Translations under genes and position numbers: made by a program | Part shown: piece by piece, positions 45,981-58,970 of the stretch | Layout of the letters: each line of letters starts with the position of its first letter | How positions within the stretch are numbered: the stretch's first letter is position 1 | The notes under the pieces: generated by a model | The model's database searches: none | What the model saw: only the letters and a program-made list of their open reading frames with translations | Told to the model about the DNA's origin: nothing | From: an uncultured Chloroflexia bacterium | GTDB lineage: Bacteria; Chloroflexota; Anaerolineae; CG2-30-64-16 | Length of the DNA stretch: 64,000 nt | Direction: 5' to 3' | NCBI GenBank assembly: GCA_963774265.1 | Contig: CAVZDU010000001.1 | Location: forward strand, 1,216,001 to 1,280,000

Positions 45981-47958
45981 ATGTCACTCAAGAAGTTGTC
46001 GGTCCTGCTAGGCGTGCTCCTTGTCGTCAGCATGGTTTTGACCGCGTGCCCTGCACCTCAGGCGCAGGTTGTGGAGAAAGTCGTGACCTCTGCGCCGCAG
46101 GTGGTGGAGAAGGTCGTGACCCAGGTCGTCAAGGAAGAGGTAAAGGTCGTTGAGACCCAGGTCGTTGAGAAAGTCGTCGAGAAAGTCGTCGAGAAGGCGG
46201 CCGAAGACTTTTCAACCCCGCACCCAATCCTGAGCGACATTCGCGTCCGCCAGGCCATCGCGCACTGCACCAACCGCGACGATCTGATCGCCTCGGTGTA
46301 CCCGTACGCAGACGCCGAGACCAAGGCTAAACTGCGCATGGACTCCTGGATTCCCAAGTCGAGCTGGGCGTACGGCGGTCCCTACGCTGATTACGAATTC
46401 AGTGTCGAGAAGGGCGGCGCTCTGCTGGATGAGGCCGGTTGGAAGTTGCCCGAGGGCGGTGACATACGCCAGAACGACGCGGGTGAAACGCTCTCTCTGA
46501 AGTTCACGACCACCACGGCGCAATTCCGGCAGACGTGGTCCGCGGTCTTCGTAGCAGAACATGGCCGCGTGCGGCATCCAAATTATCGCCCAGTATGTCC
46601 CGGCGTCCTGGTGGTTCGGCGATACGACGGGCCTGACCCGCCGCGACTTCGAGTTGGGCGCCTACGCCTGGGTGGGCGAGCCCGATCCGGGCGGCCGCAC
46701 CCTGTACGCTTGCGACCAAATCCCGCTCCCAAGCAACGACTGGGTGGGCCAGAACTACATGGGCTGGTGCAACAAGACCGCCAGCGACGCGCTCGTTAGG
46801 GCCAACAACACGCTGATTAAGGAAGAGCGTATCAAGGCCTACAACATCGTGCAGGAAGAGTTTGTCAAGGACATGGTCTCGCTGCCGGTGTTCAATCGCC
46901 TGGAGGGTGAAGGTTGGAGTTTGAACCTCGAAGGACTGAAGGTCGATCCAACCGAATACACCACTGCGAACGTCGACAAGTGGAGCCTGAAAGATGGCGG
47001 CGACACGGTCGTAGCCGGCTTCTCACAGGAACCTGCGTCGATGTACACCCTGGTTGAAACAGCGGCCGTGCAGGTTGAAGCCTCTCAGATAGGCGGCAAT
47101 AGCCGGGTGTACACCAAGTACAGCTATGACTTCCAGCCGTATCTGCAGGATCCGCTCAGCACCATCGAAGGCGGCCTCGCGACCAACGAATCGGTCGATG
47201 TCAAAGCCGGCGACAAGGCCTATGACACCTCCGGCAGCCCCGTCCCGCTGGAGAAGGGCACGAAGGTCTTCGATGCGGATGGTAAGGAGATCGAGTACGA
47301 CGGTACGAGCCCGCTGAAGATGAAGCAGCTTGTCGTGACCTACAAGCTCAAGGACTACACCTGGAGTGATGGCACGAAGGGCTCAGTGAAGGATATGGAG
47401 CTCGGCTTCAAGAACGACTGCGACAAGGAATCCGGCGCGACCGAGTTCATCACCTGTGACGCGATTCTGGACAAGAAGTTCGCGGCGGACAAGCTCGAGG
47501 TGGCCGTGACGTACGTTCCTGGTTACCAGAGCCCGACGTACTTCGTATACCCCTTCTACATCTATCCTTCGCACCTGAAGCTGGCTGATGGCCGTGCGTT
47601 GGCCGATGTGCCGGCGAAGGAATGGGCGACCCTGCCCGAGATCGCCGAGAAGCCGCTGAGCTGGGGGCCGTTCCAGTTGACCGACTGGAAGAAGGGCCAG
47701 AGCATAACCTTCACGCGGAACGAGTACTACCAGCCTGCGCCGAAGCTCAAGACTGTCGTCATCCAGTTCTTCCCTGACACGCAGACGGCTGTCGCTGCGC
47801 TGTTGGGCGGCGATGTGGACTGGCTGGAAAAAGCGACCCTGGGCGCTGGCGCGGAAGTCCAGACGGCGCTCGACGCGGCCAAGGAAGGCAAGATCAACGT
47901 CGAGTTGAGCCCGAACCCGACCTGGGAGCATATCGACATGAACCTGTTCACCAAGTAA
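45981..47958 (+). CDS. Family-5 (peptide) ABC substrate-binding lipoprotein, circularly permuted (frameshift near 46555)
   Basis: Lipobox 'LTAC', VEK-repeat tether; fold starts at 'HPILSDIRVRQAIA'; 'TVVAGFSQEPASM', 'TWSDG', 'GPFQLTDWKKGQSITFTRN' and 'WEHIDMN' lie in the C-terminal half. Confidence 0.8.
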
Positions 47959-47966
47959 TAGACATT

Positions 47967-47994
47967 GTAGGGGCGACCGGCCGGTCGTCCCTAC
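47967..47994. repeat. GTAG-type REP-like palindrome
   Basis: gtaggggcgaccggccggtcgtccctac just after the SBP stop. Confidence 0.78.
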
Positions 47995-48079
47995 AATAGG
48001 GCAAACAACAACGGGCGGACACATTTCTCAGAATGGCCCGCCCGTTCTGCACATCCACTCGTCCTGCACTGAGGCCGCC

Positions 48080-49292
48080 ATGATAAACTACCTCATCCGC
48101 CGCGTTTTCCAGATGGCCCTGGTCATCCTGCTTGCGGCCGTTTTCGTCTATTTCTTGTTTAACATTTCGCCAGGCGGCCCGCTGGCCGGCATCCAGCAAC
48201 AGCAGCGGCGCATTACTCGCGAAGACCTGGCCCGGTTGCGCGCTGGTTATGAATTGGATCTCTATTGGCCGATTCGTTTCTCGCGCTGGCTGATCGGCGT
48301 CCCCGCGGGTCCCATCACCATCGGGGGACGCGAGCTGCTTGCAGAGACGCCGGTGGGCTGTTACCTGCCGCGCTGATGACAATTCAAGCTCGGGGAGTTT
48401 GCAGCCGCGCGTGACGGGGTGCGATGATTATGTGTATCTGGCCGAATTGCCCGAGCTGCACCCGGCCATCAGAAGTAGTCGCGGCATCCTGCGGGGCGAT
48501 TTTGGGCAATCCAGCGTGATCCTGCGCGGCCGGCCGGTGTCCGAGCTTTTGAAGAGCCGCATCGGGCCGACGGTCGAGCTGATGACGATCTCGCTGCTGC
48601 TGTCGTTGCTGTTGGGCGTGCCGATCGGGATTTACAGCGCGGTGAAGCAGTACTCGCGGTTCGACTACTTCTTTACGACTGTTTCGTTTTTTGGCTCGGC
48701 CATGCCCACCTTCTTCTTTGGGTTGCTGTTGATCCTGCTGTTCTCCGTTTTCCCGGTCTTCCTCAGGGACACGCTGCCATGGATTCCGCGCCTGCCGCCG
48801 GGCCTACGCGTCGCGGTCCGGCCGTACGAGATCGTTTCCTGGCTGCCCCAGGTCCAGCCGGGCACTTTCGTTGACCAGTTCCTGCACCTTCTCATGCCGG
48901 TGAGCGTGCTCACCTTCTTCAACCTGGCGGGGTGGAGCCGCTTTGTGCGCTCCTCCATGCTGGAGGTGATGCGCCAGGACTACGTGCGCACCGCGCGGGC
49001 CAAGGGGCTGGTCGAGCGGGTGGTCATTCTGAAGCACGCGCTCCGCAACGCCCTGATCCCCTTTGTGACCGTTGTGGTGCTCGCACTGCCCACCCTATTC
49101 GCAGGCGCCATCATCACCGAGACCATTTTCGCCTGGCCTGGGATGGGGCGGTTATACTTCGATGCCTTGGGCAGGAGCGACTGGCCGGTGGCCCTCGCGT
49201 TCATTTTCATCACCGCGCTTTTGACAGTGGTGGCGACGCTCATTGGCGATATCCTGTATACTGTGGTGGACCCGCGCATCAAGTTCTCGTGA
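48080..49292 (+). CDS. oppB: Oligopeptide ABC permease OppB-like (frameshift near 48370)
   Basis: 'YLIRR', 'GDFGQS', 'QDYVRTARAKGL', 'GAIITETIFAWPGMG', 'VDPRI'. Confidence 0.85.
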
Positions 49293-49358
49293 TGCGCCCC
49301 ACGGGAAGGCTTCGCGCCGGTGCGTGTTGCGAGAGGCGCGAGTTTGGAGCAAGAGAAT

Positions 49359-50361
49359 ATGACCACTGATGTCAGGACGATCGGGGCTCCCAGCCGGGCC
49401 GAGGACACTACGCAGGAGAGCCAGCTGAAGGTCGTCGCGCGGCGCTTCTTCCGGCACAAACTTGCGGTCATCTCCACCGTGCTATTGCTCGTCATCTTCG
49501 GGGCGTCGCTGCTGGCCCCCGTGATCACCACCTTCCCGCGCGATGCCGTGGACGTCTCGAGCTCATCGCGGCCCGCACCCCCCGGCACTGTCTCGAAAGA
49601 CGGGCGCATGCACATCCTGGGCGTCGACCACCTTGGCCGCGATCTGTTTACGCGCGTGTTGTTCGGTGCGCGCGTGTCGCTCTCCATCGCCTTCCTGGTG
49701 GTGTTGCTCAGCGAGACCTTCGGCGCCACGCTAGGCGCGCTGGCAGGCTTCTACGGGGGCCAGCTCGACATGGTGCTCTCGCGCATCAACGAGTTTATGC
49801 TGACCATCCCGCAATTGCCGATCCTGCTGATTATCTCGGCTATCTTGCTCAAACGCGATGTGGTACTGCCGTTGCCGGGCTTTGTCAACAAGCTGCTCAG
49901 TGCACTCATGCTCGCACCCGAGCGTGAGGCCCAGAAGGTCGTTGTGCTGGTGTTGATCCTGGTAGTCTTCGGCTGGCTGGGGTCATTCCGCCTGATGCGT
50001 GGCATGGCGTTGACGCTGAGCAAGCAGGATTTTGTGGAGGCGCTGCGCGCGGCGGGCGCATCCGATGCTCGCATCATCTTCCGGCACATCATCCCCAACG
50101 GGCTGGCGCCGATCCTGGTGAACGCCAGCCTGGCCCTGGGCGGCATCATCGTTCTCGAATCGGCGCTGAGCTTCCTGGGCCTGGGCGTGCAGGACCCAAC
50201 GCCGACGTGGGGCAACATGCTGGATTTCGCCCGCCAGCTACATGTTCCAGCACCCGTGGCTGCCGCTGGTGCCCGGCATTCCGCTGGTGATCGTCTCCAT
50301 CGGCTTCAATTTCATCGGCGACGGCCTGCGCGATGCACTGGATCCGCGGTTGAAGCGGTAG
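49359..50361 (+). CDS. oppC: Oligopeptide ABC permease OppC-like (frameshift near 50235)
   Basis: 'RRFFRHKLA', '[11 protein letters not shown]', '[19 protein letters not shown]', '[11 protein letters not shown]' in the shifted frame. Confidence 0.85.
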
Positions 50362-50373
50362 GTGGGGGACAAC

Positions 50374-51456
50374 ATGGCAGACAACGGCAAAGACGGCGGC
50401 GCCCCACTGCTCGATGTCAAGGGGCTGAAAACTTACTTCTACACCGAGGACGGCGTGGTGCAGGCCGTCAACGGCGTTGACTTCGCCATCCGCGAGGGCG
50501 AGGTGATGGGTCTGGTGGGCGAGTCGGGCAGCGGGAAGAGCGTCACCTCGCTCTCGATCATGCGCCTGCTGGGCGCGTCCGGCAAGATCGTCGAGGGTCA
50601 GGTAATCCGTTCAAGGGCCATGATTTGGCCCAACTCTCCGAAGACGAGATGGTGAAGATCCGCGGCAGCGACATGTCGATGATCTTCCAGCAGCCGACGA
50701 GTTGCCTGAACCCGGTCTTCCAGATCGGCGCCCAGGTGGCCGAGGTGCTGGAGATCCACCAGGGGCTCGGCACGGAAGAGGCCTGGAAGCAGGCCGTGGA
50801 GATGTTCCGCAAGGTCGGCATCCCCGACCCGGAGACGCGCGCCAAGTCGTTCCCGCACGAGATCTCCGGCGGCCAGGCGCAGCGTGTGATGATCGCGATG
50901 GCGCTGGCGTGCATGCCCGATCTGCTGATCGCCGACGAGCCGACTACGGCGCTGGACGTGACGATCCAGGCGCAGATCCTCGATCTGATGCGCCGCCTGC
51001 GCACCGAGACCGGCACGGCCATCCTGCTGATCACGCACGATATGGGCGTGATCGCCGAGATGTGCGACAACGTGGCTGTGATGTACGCCGGGCAGATCGT
51101 CGAGTACACCGATGTGAACACGCTGTTCGAAGAGCAATTGCACCCCTACACCGAGGGCCTGCTGGCGGCGATTCCGGTGTTGGGCGAGGTGCGCGAGAGC
51201 CTGGCGGTCATCCCCGGCTCGGTGCCCAACCTGATCAACCTGCCGCCCGGCTGCAAGTTTCACCCGCGCTGCCCGTACGTGAAACCGATGTGCCTGTGCG
51301 GCCGTGCCGCCGCTGGTGGAGGTGGAGCCGGGTCACCAGGTGCGCTGCTTCATGCGCAACCGCCGGAGACAAAAGCCGAATGGGGCGAGGTCCAGCGGGC
51401 GGACTGGCACTTCTTCGGCGACGAAGTCATGGCAGCGCGCGTGAGGACGGGAGTAG
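50374..51456 (+). CDS. oppD: Oligopeptide ABC ATPase OppD-like (frameshifted; 3' end approximate)
   Basis: GESGSGKS, '[12 protein letters not shown]', '[17 protein letters not shown]', 'HPYT..LL', 'GCKFHPRCP'. Confidence 0.85.
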
Positions 51457-51465
51457 AGAGACGGC

Positions 51466-52488
51466 ATGGCGACGATTGCGACAGCAAAGAAAGACCTGTT
51501 GGTCGTCGAGAATCTGAAGAAGTACTTCCCGGTGCGATCGGGGCTGTTTCAGCGCGTGAGCCGCCTGGGTGAAGGCGGTGGATGGCGTCAGCTTCACCGT
51601 GCGCGAGGGTGAGACGTTCGGCCTGGTGGGCGAGTCTGGCTGCGGCAAGACCACCATCGGCCGCACGATCCTGCGCCTGACGCCCTACACGGGCGGCAGC
51701 GTCTTCTTCGACGGCGAGGAAGTGTTCGCCAAGCGCGGGGCCGAGCTGAAGGCCCTGCGCCGCAACATGCAGATCATCTTCCAGGATCCCGTACTCCTCG
51801 CTGGACCCTCGCATGCCGGTGGGCGAAATCATCGGCGAGGGGTTGCAGATCCACGGCATCGGCAACGCGAAGGAGCGCGCCGAGATCGTGACCGAGATGC
51901 TGGCGAAGGTGGGTCTGAATCCCTACCATGCCCGACGTTATCCGCACGAGTTCTCCGGCGGCCAACGGCAGCGCATCGGCATTGCCCGTGCCCTGGCCTT
52001 GCGCCCCAAGTTCATCGTCTGCGACGAGCCGGTGTCTGCGCTGGACGTCTCGATTCAGTCGCAGGTGCTCAACCTGCTGAAAAAGCTGCAGGCCGAGTTC
52101 GGCCTGACTTACCTGTTCATCGCGCACAACCTGAGCGTCGTCGAGCACATCAGCGACCGCATTGGCGTCATGTACCTGGGCAAGATGGCCGAAGTGACGG
52201 ACCGGGAGAAGCTCTACCGCAACCCGCTGCATCCGTATACGCAGGCATTGCTGTCGCGCGATCCCCATGCCCAATCCCAAGCTGAAGCGCGAGCGCATCG
52301 TGTTGACGGGGGATGTACCTTCGCCCCTCGACCCGCCCAGCGGTTGTCGCTTTCACCCGCGCTGTCCGATCGCGGTGGACATCTGCAGGCAGGTGGAACC
52401 GGCCTTCGAGCAGAAGGCGGCGGACCACTGGGTGGCTTGCCACCTGGTGCCGGCCTCAGGTGTCACCGCGAAGACAGGCGCTAACTAG
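51466..52488 (+). CDS. oppF: Oligopeptide ABC ATPase OppF-like (frameshifted)
   Basis: 'KAVDGVSF', GESGCGKTT, '[20 protein letters not shown]', 'GCRFHPRCP', 'HWVACH'. Confidence 0.88.
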
Positions 52489-52512
52489 CCCCTTTTTGTT
52501 GTAAACCCGGTG

Positions 52513-52611
52513 GTAGAGACGTAGAGACGTAGAGACGTAGAGACGTAGAGACGTAGAGACGTAGAGACGTAGAGACGTAGAGCGTAGAGACGTAGCATGC
52601 TACGTCTCTAC
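52513..52611. repeat. (GTAGAGAC)n tandem array running into a REP-like palindrome
   Basis: Eight perfect 8-mers, one 7-mer (gtagagc), then gtagagacgtagcatgctacgtctctac. Confidence 0.9.
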
Positions 52612-52675
52612 AACAACGGCGATTGCACGTCCCCCGCATTTGCGCGATTTGACTTCTGGCACAGTCGTAAATTAC

Positions 52676-52704
52676 TTGACACTCAACTATCGCTGTGCTA
52701 TTAT
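52676..52704 (+). promoter_or_regulatory. Sigma70-type promoter of opp operon 2
   Basis: TTGACA-17 bp-TATTAT with TG extension. Confidence 0.7.
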
Positions 52705-52749
52705 CCATCCACTCCTGAAGCTTACCCCAGGTCCGCCCGGAGGCGATGG

Positions 52750-53755
52750 ATGAGTAGATTGTTGGAGGTGAAGGGGCTGGAAACTCGCTTCTTCACCCAG
52801 GACGGTGTCGTCCACGCGGTCAACGGCATCACCTATCACTTGGACGAAGGGGAAACCCTGGCGATTGTGGGTGAGAGCGGCTGCGGCAAGAGCGTCGGCG
52901 TCATGTCTCTGCTGCGGCTGATCCCTCAGCCGCCCGGCAAGATCACCGCCGGGGAGGTCTGGTTCGGACGGGTGAGATCGCAAGGACCTGCTCGAAGATG
53001 TCGGACGACGAGATCCGGCAGGTGCGCGGCAACCGGATCGCGATGATCTTCCAGGACCCGATGACCTCGCTCAATCCGGTTCTCACCATCGGCTTCCAGA
53101 TTTCCGAAGCCCTGATGCTGCACATGGGCATGGACAAGGACAGCGGCGCGCAAGCGCGCGGTCGAGCTGCTCGAGATGGTCGGCATCTCCGCATGCGGCC
53201 GACCGCCTCGACGATTATCCGCATCAGTTCTCCGGCGGTATGCGCCAGCGTGTGATGATCGCCATGGGGCTGAGCTGCAACCCGCAGCTGCTGATCGCCG
53301 ACGAGCCGACGACCGCGCTGGATGTGACCATCCAGGCGCAGATCACGGACCTGGTCAAGCGACTGCGCGACGAGATCGGCATGGCCATCATCTGGATCAC
53401 GCACGATCTGGGTGTCGTCGCCGGGCTGGCGGATCGCGTGATCGTGATGTATGCCGGCTTCATCGTCGAAGAGGCCCCGGTCAAGGAACTGTACGCCAAT
53501 CCGCGCCATCCCTACACGATCGGTCTGCTCGGCTCGCTGCCTCGGCTGGACGTCGGCCGTGCACACCGCCTGACATCCATCGAAGGCCTGCCGCCGGATC
53601 TGATCGAGCTGCCCAAGGGCTGCCCGTTCTACGCCCGCTGCCATTATCGCATCGAGACTTGTGCGACCGAGAACCCGCGGCTGGAGCCGGTCGCGCCGGG
53701 TCACAAGGTCGCGTGCCGGGTCGACGTGACCAAACTAACCGCCAGTTACCTCTGA
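52750..53755 (+). CDS. oppD: Oligopeptide ABC ATPase OppD-like (frameshifted)
   Basis: GESGCGKS, '[12 protein letters not shown]', '[16 protein letters not shown]', 'GCPFYARC'. Confidence 0.87.
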
Positions 53756-53770
53756 AGGGGAGCATGCGGC

Positions 53771-54779
<1,009 letters not shown>

Positions 54780-54891
54780 AGGGGGGTGGTGAACGCCACA
54801 GAACTGGGCTTTAGACAGATAGTGCGTCGGCAGTATTGACGCAAAGAGGTACGGTTTTTCTAGCACATACCACATTACAGTAGGAGGAGAC

Positions 54892-56745
54892 ATGTCTCTC
54901 AAGAAGTGGTCCGTCGTGCTCGGCGTCCTGGTCGTGGTCAGCATGATCTTGACCGCCTGCCCCGCCCCTCAGGCGCAGGTTGTCGAGAAAGTCGTGACAC
55001 AGGTCGTCGAGAAAGAAGTCAAGGTCGTCGAGACCAAGGTCGTCGAGACGGTCAAGGAAGTTGTGAAGGAAGTTCAGGTCGTCGCGACCCCAGTACCAGT
55101 GGCCGCGGAGAAGAAGCTCCGCATCAACCTGGGCAGCTATCCCGACATCATCGATCCCCAGAAGAGCTCCTTCGTCAACGAGATCGCGCATCTGAAGTTG
55201 ATGTACGAGGGCCTGACCAAGCTGGACAAGGACCTGAAGACGGTCCCGGGCGCGGCCGAGAAGTGGGAATACAACGCGGATGCGACGGAGCTGACCTTCA
55301 CCTTGCAACCGGATCTGAAGTACAGCGACGGCAGCGTGCTGAACGCCGCCCGCTTCGCCTACTCGATCAAGCGCAACATCAACCCCGAGACCGCCGGTGA
55401 GTACGCCCAGATCACCGACGAGATCAAGGGCGCGCCGGAATGGCGCGGCTTCGCAGACGACGCGGCGAAGAGTGCGGAAGAGAACGCCAAGGCCAAGGCT
55501 GATGCCGAGGCCGTCGTGACTGCGAGCATCATGCCGCTACACGCCGACGGTGCGGCCTGCGCCGCCGACAAGACCGTACGAGGATGCCGCCTGCACCGTC
55601 CTCAAGCTGACGTTGTCCAAGCCGGCCCCGTACTTCCACACCGTCATGACCCTGTGGGTCACCTACCCGGCCAAGGAAGAGAACATCGCGGCCACCGAGC
55701 AGTGGTGGAACAGCTCGAAGTACCAGATCGGCAACGGCCCGTTCATCCTGAAGAGCCTCGAGCCCTACGTGAAGGCGCTGTCTTCGCGCCGAACCCGAAC
55801 TACTGGGCTGACAAGGCCAAGATGGACATCGAGTACTCCTACATCACCGACAGCAAGGTGGCGTTCGAGGCGTACAAGAACAATGAGTTCGACATCGTCG
55901 GTGCGGCTGCTGAGGACCTGGAAGTCATCAAGCAGGATGCAACGCTCAGCAAGGAGTTGATGATCTACCCGGGCTCCTGCACCTTCGCCATCATGTTCCA
56001 CCAGTTGAAGGAACCGTTCACCGATCCGAAGGTGCGCCAGGCGTTCGCTCAGGCGTACGACCGCGAGACGTGGGTGAAGGACGTGCTCAAGGGTCTCGGC
56101 TCGCCGACCCTCACCTGGATCCCGCCCGGGTTCCCTGGGTACGACGCCGACCGAGAAACGCTGGGGCTACGATCCGGAGGCGGCCAAGAAGGCGTTGGCC
56201 GAGTCCACGTACGGCAGCGTGGACAAGCTCCCGCCCATCAAGCTGACCTTCTCCGACACCCCGCGCAACCGCACCCGCAACGAGTGGCTGGCGCGAAGTG
56301 GAAGGAAGTCCTGGGCGTCGACATGAAGCTCGATCCGGTCGAGCCGACCACCTACACCGCCCTGACCAAGGACATCAAGACCGCGCCGCTGGCCTTCATC
56401 CTCGGCTGGTGCGCCGACTACCCCGATCCGCAGAACTGGCTGAGCGTCTACTGGAAGACGGGCGCCTTCGGCGAGCGCATCGGCTACTCCAACAAGGACT
56501 TCGACAAGCTGGTGGACCAGGCCGATGTCGAACTCGACCCGGCCAAGCGCATGGAGCTCTACGCGCAGGCCCAGAAGCTGCTGACCGACGGCGTCCCGGT
56601 GGCGTTCGCGTGGAACAACGTGAACAACTACCTGGTCAAGCCGTGGGTCAAGGGCATCGAGACCACGCCGCAGGACTCGGACTTCCCGGGCAGCACCGGC
56701 GGCGTGACCAGTATCGACATCGACACGACGCTGCTGCCGAAGTAA
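54892..56745 (+). CDS. oppA: Family-5 ABC substrate-binding lipoprotein, canonical order (OppA-like; internal frameshifts)
   Basis: Lipobox 'LTAC'; 'PDIIDPQ..MYEGL..PGAAEKWE..TFTL..LKYSDG', 'GNGPF', 'PFTDPKVRQAF', 'GWCADYPDP.NWL'. Confidence 0.88.
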   Translation: MSLKKWSVVLGVLVVVSMILTACPAPQAQVVEKVVTQVVEKEVKVVETKVVETVKEVVKEVQVVATPVPVAAEKKLRINLGSYPDIIDPQKSSFVNEIAHLKLMYEGLTKLDKDLKTVPGAAEKWEYNADATELTFTLQPDLKYSDGSVLNAARFAYSIKRNINPETAGEYAQITDEIKGAPEWRGFADDAAKSAEENAKAKADAEAVVTASIMPLHADGAACAADKTVRGCRLHRPQADVVQAGPVLPHRHDPVGHLPGQGREHRGHRAVVEQLEVPDRQRPVHPEEPRALREGAVFAPNPNYWADKAKMDIEYSYITDSKVAFEAYKNNEFDIVGAAAEDLEVIKQDATLSKELMIYPGSCTFAIMFHQLKEPFTDPKVRQAFAQAYDRETWVKDVLKGLGSPTLTWIPPGFPGYDADRETLGLRSGGGQEGVGRVHVRQRGQAPAHQADLLRHPAQPHPQRVAGAKWKEVLGVDMKLDPVEPTTYTALTKDIKTAPLAFILGWCADYPDPQNWLSVYWKTGAFGERIGYSNKDFDKLVDQADVELDPAKRMELYAQAQKLLTDGVPVAFAWNNVNNYLVKPWVKGIETTPQDSDFPGSTGGVTSIDIDTTLLPK

Positions 56746-56884
56746 CAAGACGTAAGTGAGAAGCCCGGTTTCTCGTTAGAAGACGGGTTTCTGTCCGGTA
56801 GTGAGTTTCAAGAAACGCTATGTGACCGGCGTCTCCGCGACGCCGGTCACATACATCGAAAGCTCTCTCTGCGGAGTGGCGTCT

Positions 56885-57884
56885 ATGATGACGTATCTCA
56901 TTCGCCGCATCTTCTGGCTGATTCCGGTGCTCTTTTTCGTGGCGCTGATCACCTTCACCCTGATGCACGCGGCGCCCGGCGGCCCGTGGGATCGCGACCT
57001 GAGACGCACGCCAGGTGGATAAGCGCACCCAGGAACTACTCAATCAGAAGTTCGGCCTGGACAAGCCGCTCTTCTTCAACACTCCAGGGCGGCAATCCAC
57101 TCGACAGCCAGTTCTTCAGCTATATTTGGGGTGTGGTGCGGGGCGACTTGGGCCCGTCCTATCGCCAACGCGGCCTGGATGTCCAGGATATCCTGTTCAA
57201 GGCGCCCGAAGACAAGCCGTTCTGGGACAGCAAGTTCGGCTACTCGGCTGCGCCTGGGCCTGCTGGCGGTGCTGTTTGCCATCGTGTTCGGCATCCCGCT
57301 CGGCGTGATCGCCGCGCTGAATCGCAACACGATCATCGACTATATTACGCTGTTCCTCTCCACCATCGGCATTTCGGTCCCGAATTTTGTGCTGGCGATT
57401 TTCCTGATCATCCTTTTTGGCAGCCGGCTGAAGCTGATCAAGATCGTCCAGCAAAACTGGAATAGCCCCGGCGCGTGGATCGTTCCCGCGGCAATCCTCG
57501 GCTTCGGCACCTTTGCCTATATCACACGACTGACCCGCTGCCACGCTGCTGGAGGTGATGCAGCAGGACTACATCCGCACGGCCCGCGCCAAGGGCCTGG
57601 CGGAGCGGGTCGTGATCATCCGGCACATGCTGCGCAACGCCCTGATCCCCGTGGTGACGATCCTCGGCCCCGCGCTGGCCGCCCTGGTGACCGGGTCTTT
57701 CATCATCGAGCAGATGTTCAGCTTCCCCGGCATGGGACGCGCATATGTGACGTCCATCAGCCAGCGGGATTACTCGATGATCATGGGCACGGTATTGATC
57801 TATGCCTTCCTGGTGGCGATCGCCAACCTGACCGTGGACCTGGTCTACGGGTTCCTCGATCCGCGCATCAAGGTGGGAGACTGA
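56885..57884 (+). CDS. oppB: Oligopeptide ABC permease OppB-like (frameshifted)
   Basis: 'TFTLMHAAPGGPW', 'GDLGPSY', 'QDYIRTARAKGL', 'TGSFIIEQMF', 'LDPRI'. Confidence 0.87.
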
Positions 57885-57890
57885 GCAACC

Positions 57891-58880
57891 ATGACCGCAC
57901 AAGCCCCGACTGCTCAGGACATCATGCTGTCGCAAACCATCACCCGCCCACCGCGCTCGTCTTTGGCGCGATGCCTGGCATCGCCTGCTGCGGAATCGGG
58001 CCACCGTCATCGGTGCGATCGTGCTGCTGCTTTTCGTGATCGTCGCTATCTTCGCCCCGGTAATCGCGCCGGATAACCCACTGAAGATCACACGACGGCA
58101 AAGGATACTTGCCGCCGGCCTGGGTCAAAGTGGGGCCGACCGGCAAGGCAGGCGAGCCGCAGTTCCTGTTGGGCACCGACACCCTGGGTCGCGACGTGCT
58201 CAGCCGGACGATCTACGGCGCGCGCGTCTCGATGGTGGTGGGCATCATCCCGACCCTGATCATCCTGGTCGTCGGCGTCTCAATCGGCCTGTTAGCCGGG
58301 TATCGTGGGGGCCGGGCCGACAATCTGCTGATGCGCCTTGCCGACATCGTCTACGCCTTCCCCGACCTGTTGTTTTTCATCATCGTGATGGCTGCGCTGC
58401 GCGATACGCCGATCGGCCGTCTGCTGAACGGGCTGATCCTGCTGTTCGTTGCCTTGTCGTTGGTCAACTGGGTGGGTTTGGCCCGGCTGGTGCGCGGGCA
58501 GGTGCTGTCGCTGAAGGAGAAGGAGTTCGTCGAGGCGGGCCGCATGATCGGCGCGTCCAGCACGCACATCATGTTCAAGCACCTGTTGCCCAACACCCTT
58601 GGGCCGATCATCGTCTCGACCGCCTTTCGCATTCCGGGCTTGATCATCACCGAGGCGATCCTCGGTTACCTGGGCATCGGCCTGCGCCCATCCACCGACC
58701 CGAAGGCTATCTTCATCACCAGTTGGGGCGCTGCTGTTGGACGGTCAGACAGCGCTCAACGCGCAGCCTTGGCTGCTTCTGGCGCCCGCCATCTGCGTGG
58801 CTCTGGTGGTGCTGGCGTTCAACTACGTCGGCGACGGTCTGCGCGATGCGCTGGACCCGCGACTTGCCGGGACTGAGTAA
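57891..58880 (+). CDS. oppC: Oligopeptide ABC permease OppC-like (frameshifted)
   Basis: 'LGTDTLGRD.LSR.IYGARVS', 'ARLVRGQVLSLKEKEFVEA', 'HLLPN', '[10 protein letters not shown]'. Confidence 0.87.
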
Positions 58881-58900
58881 GATCCAGCCTGATTGGGCCA

Positions 58901-58944
58901 TAATAGCAGAGGACCGAGCCGTGCGGCTCGGTCCTCTGCTATTA
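58901..58944. terminator. Perfect 20-bp hairpin between convergent genes (bidirectional terminator candidate)
   Basis: taatagcagaggaccgagcc-gtgc-ggctcggtcctctgctatta. Confidence 0.75.
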
Positions 58945-58970
58945 AAGGAGATTCTTCTGTGGCGGACTCT

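Noticed and set aside
52513-52611. Possible CRISPR array
   Set aside because: Head-to-tail 8-mers with no spacers and no cas genes
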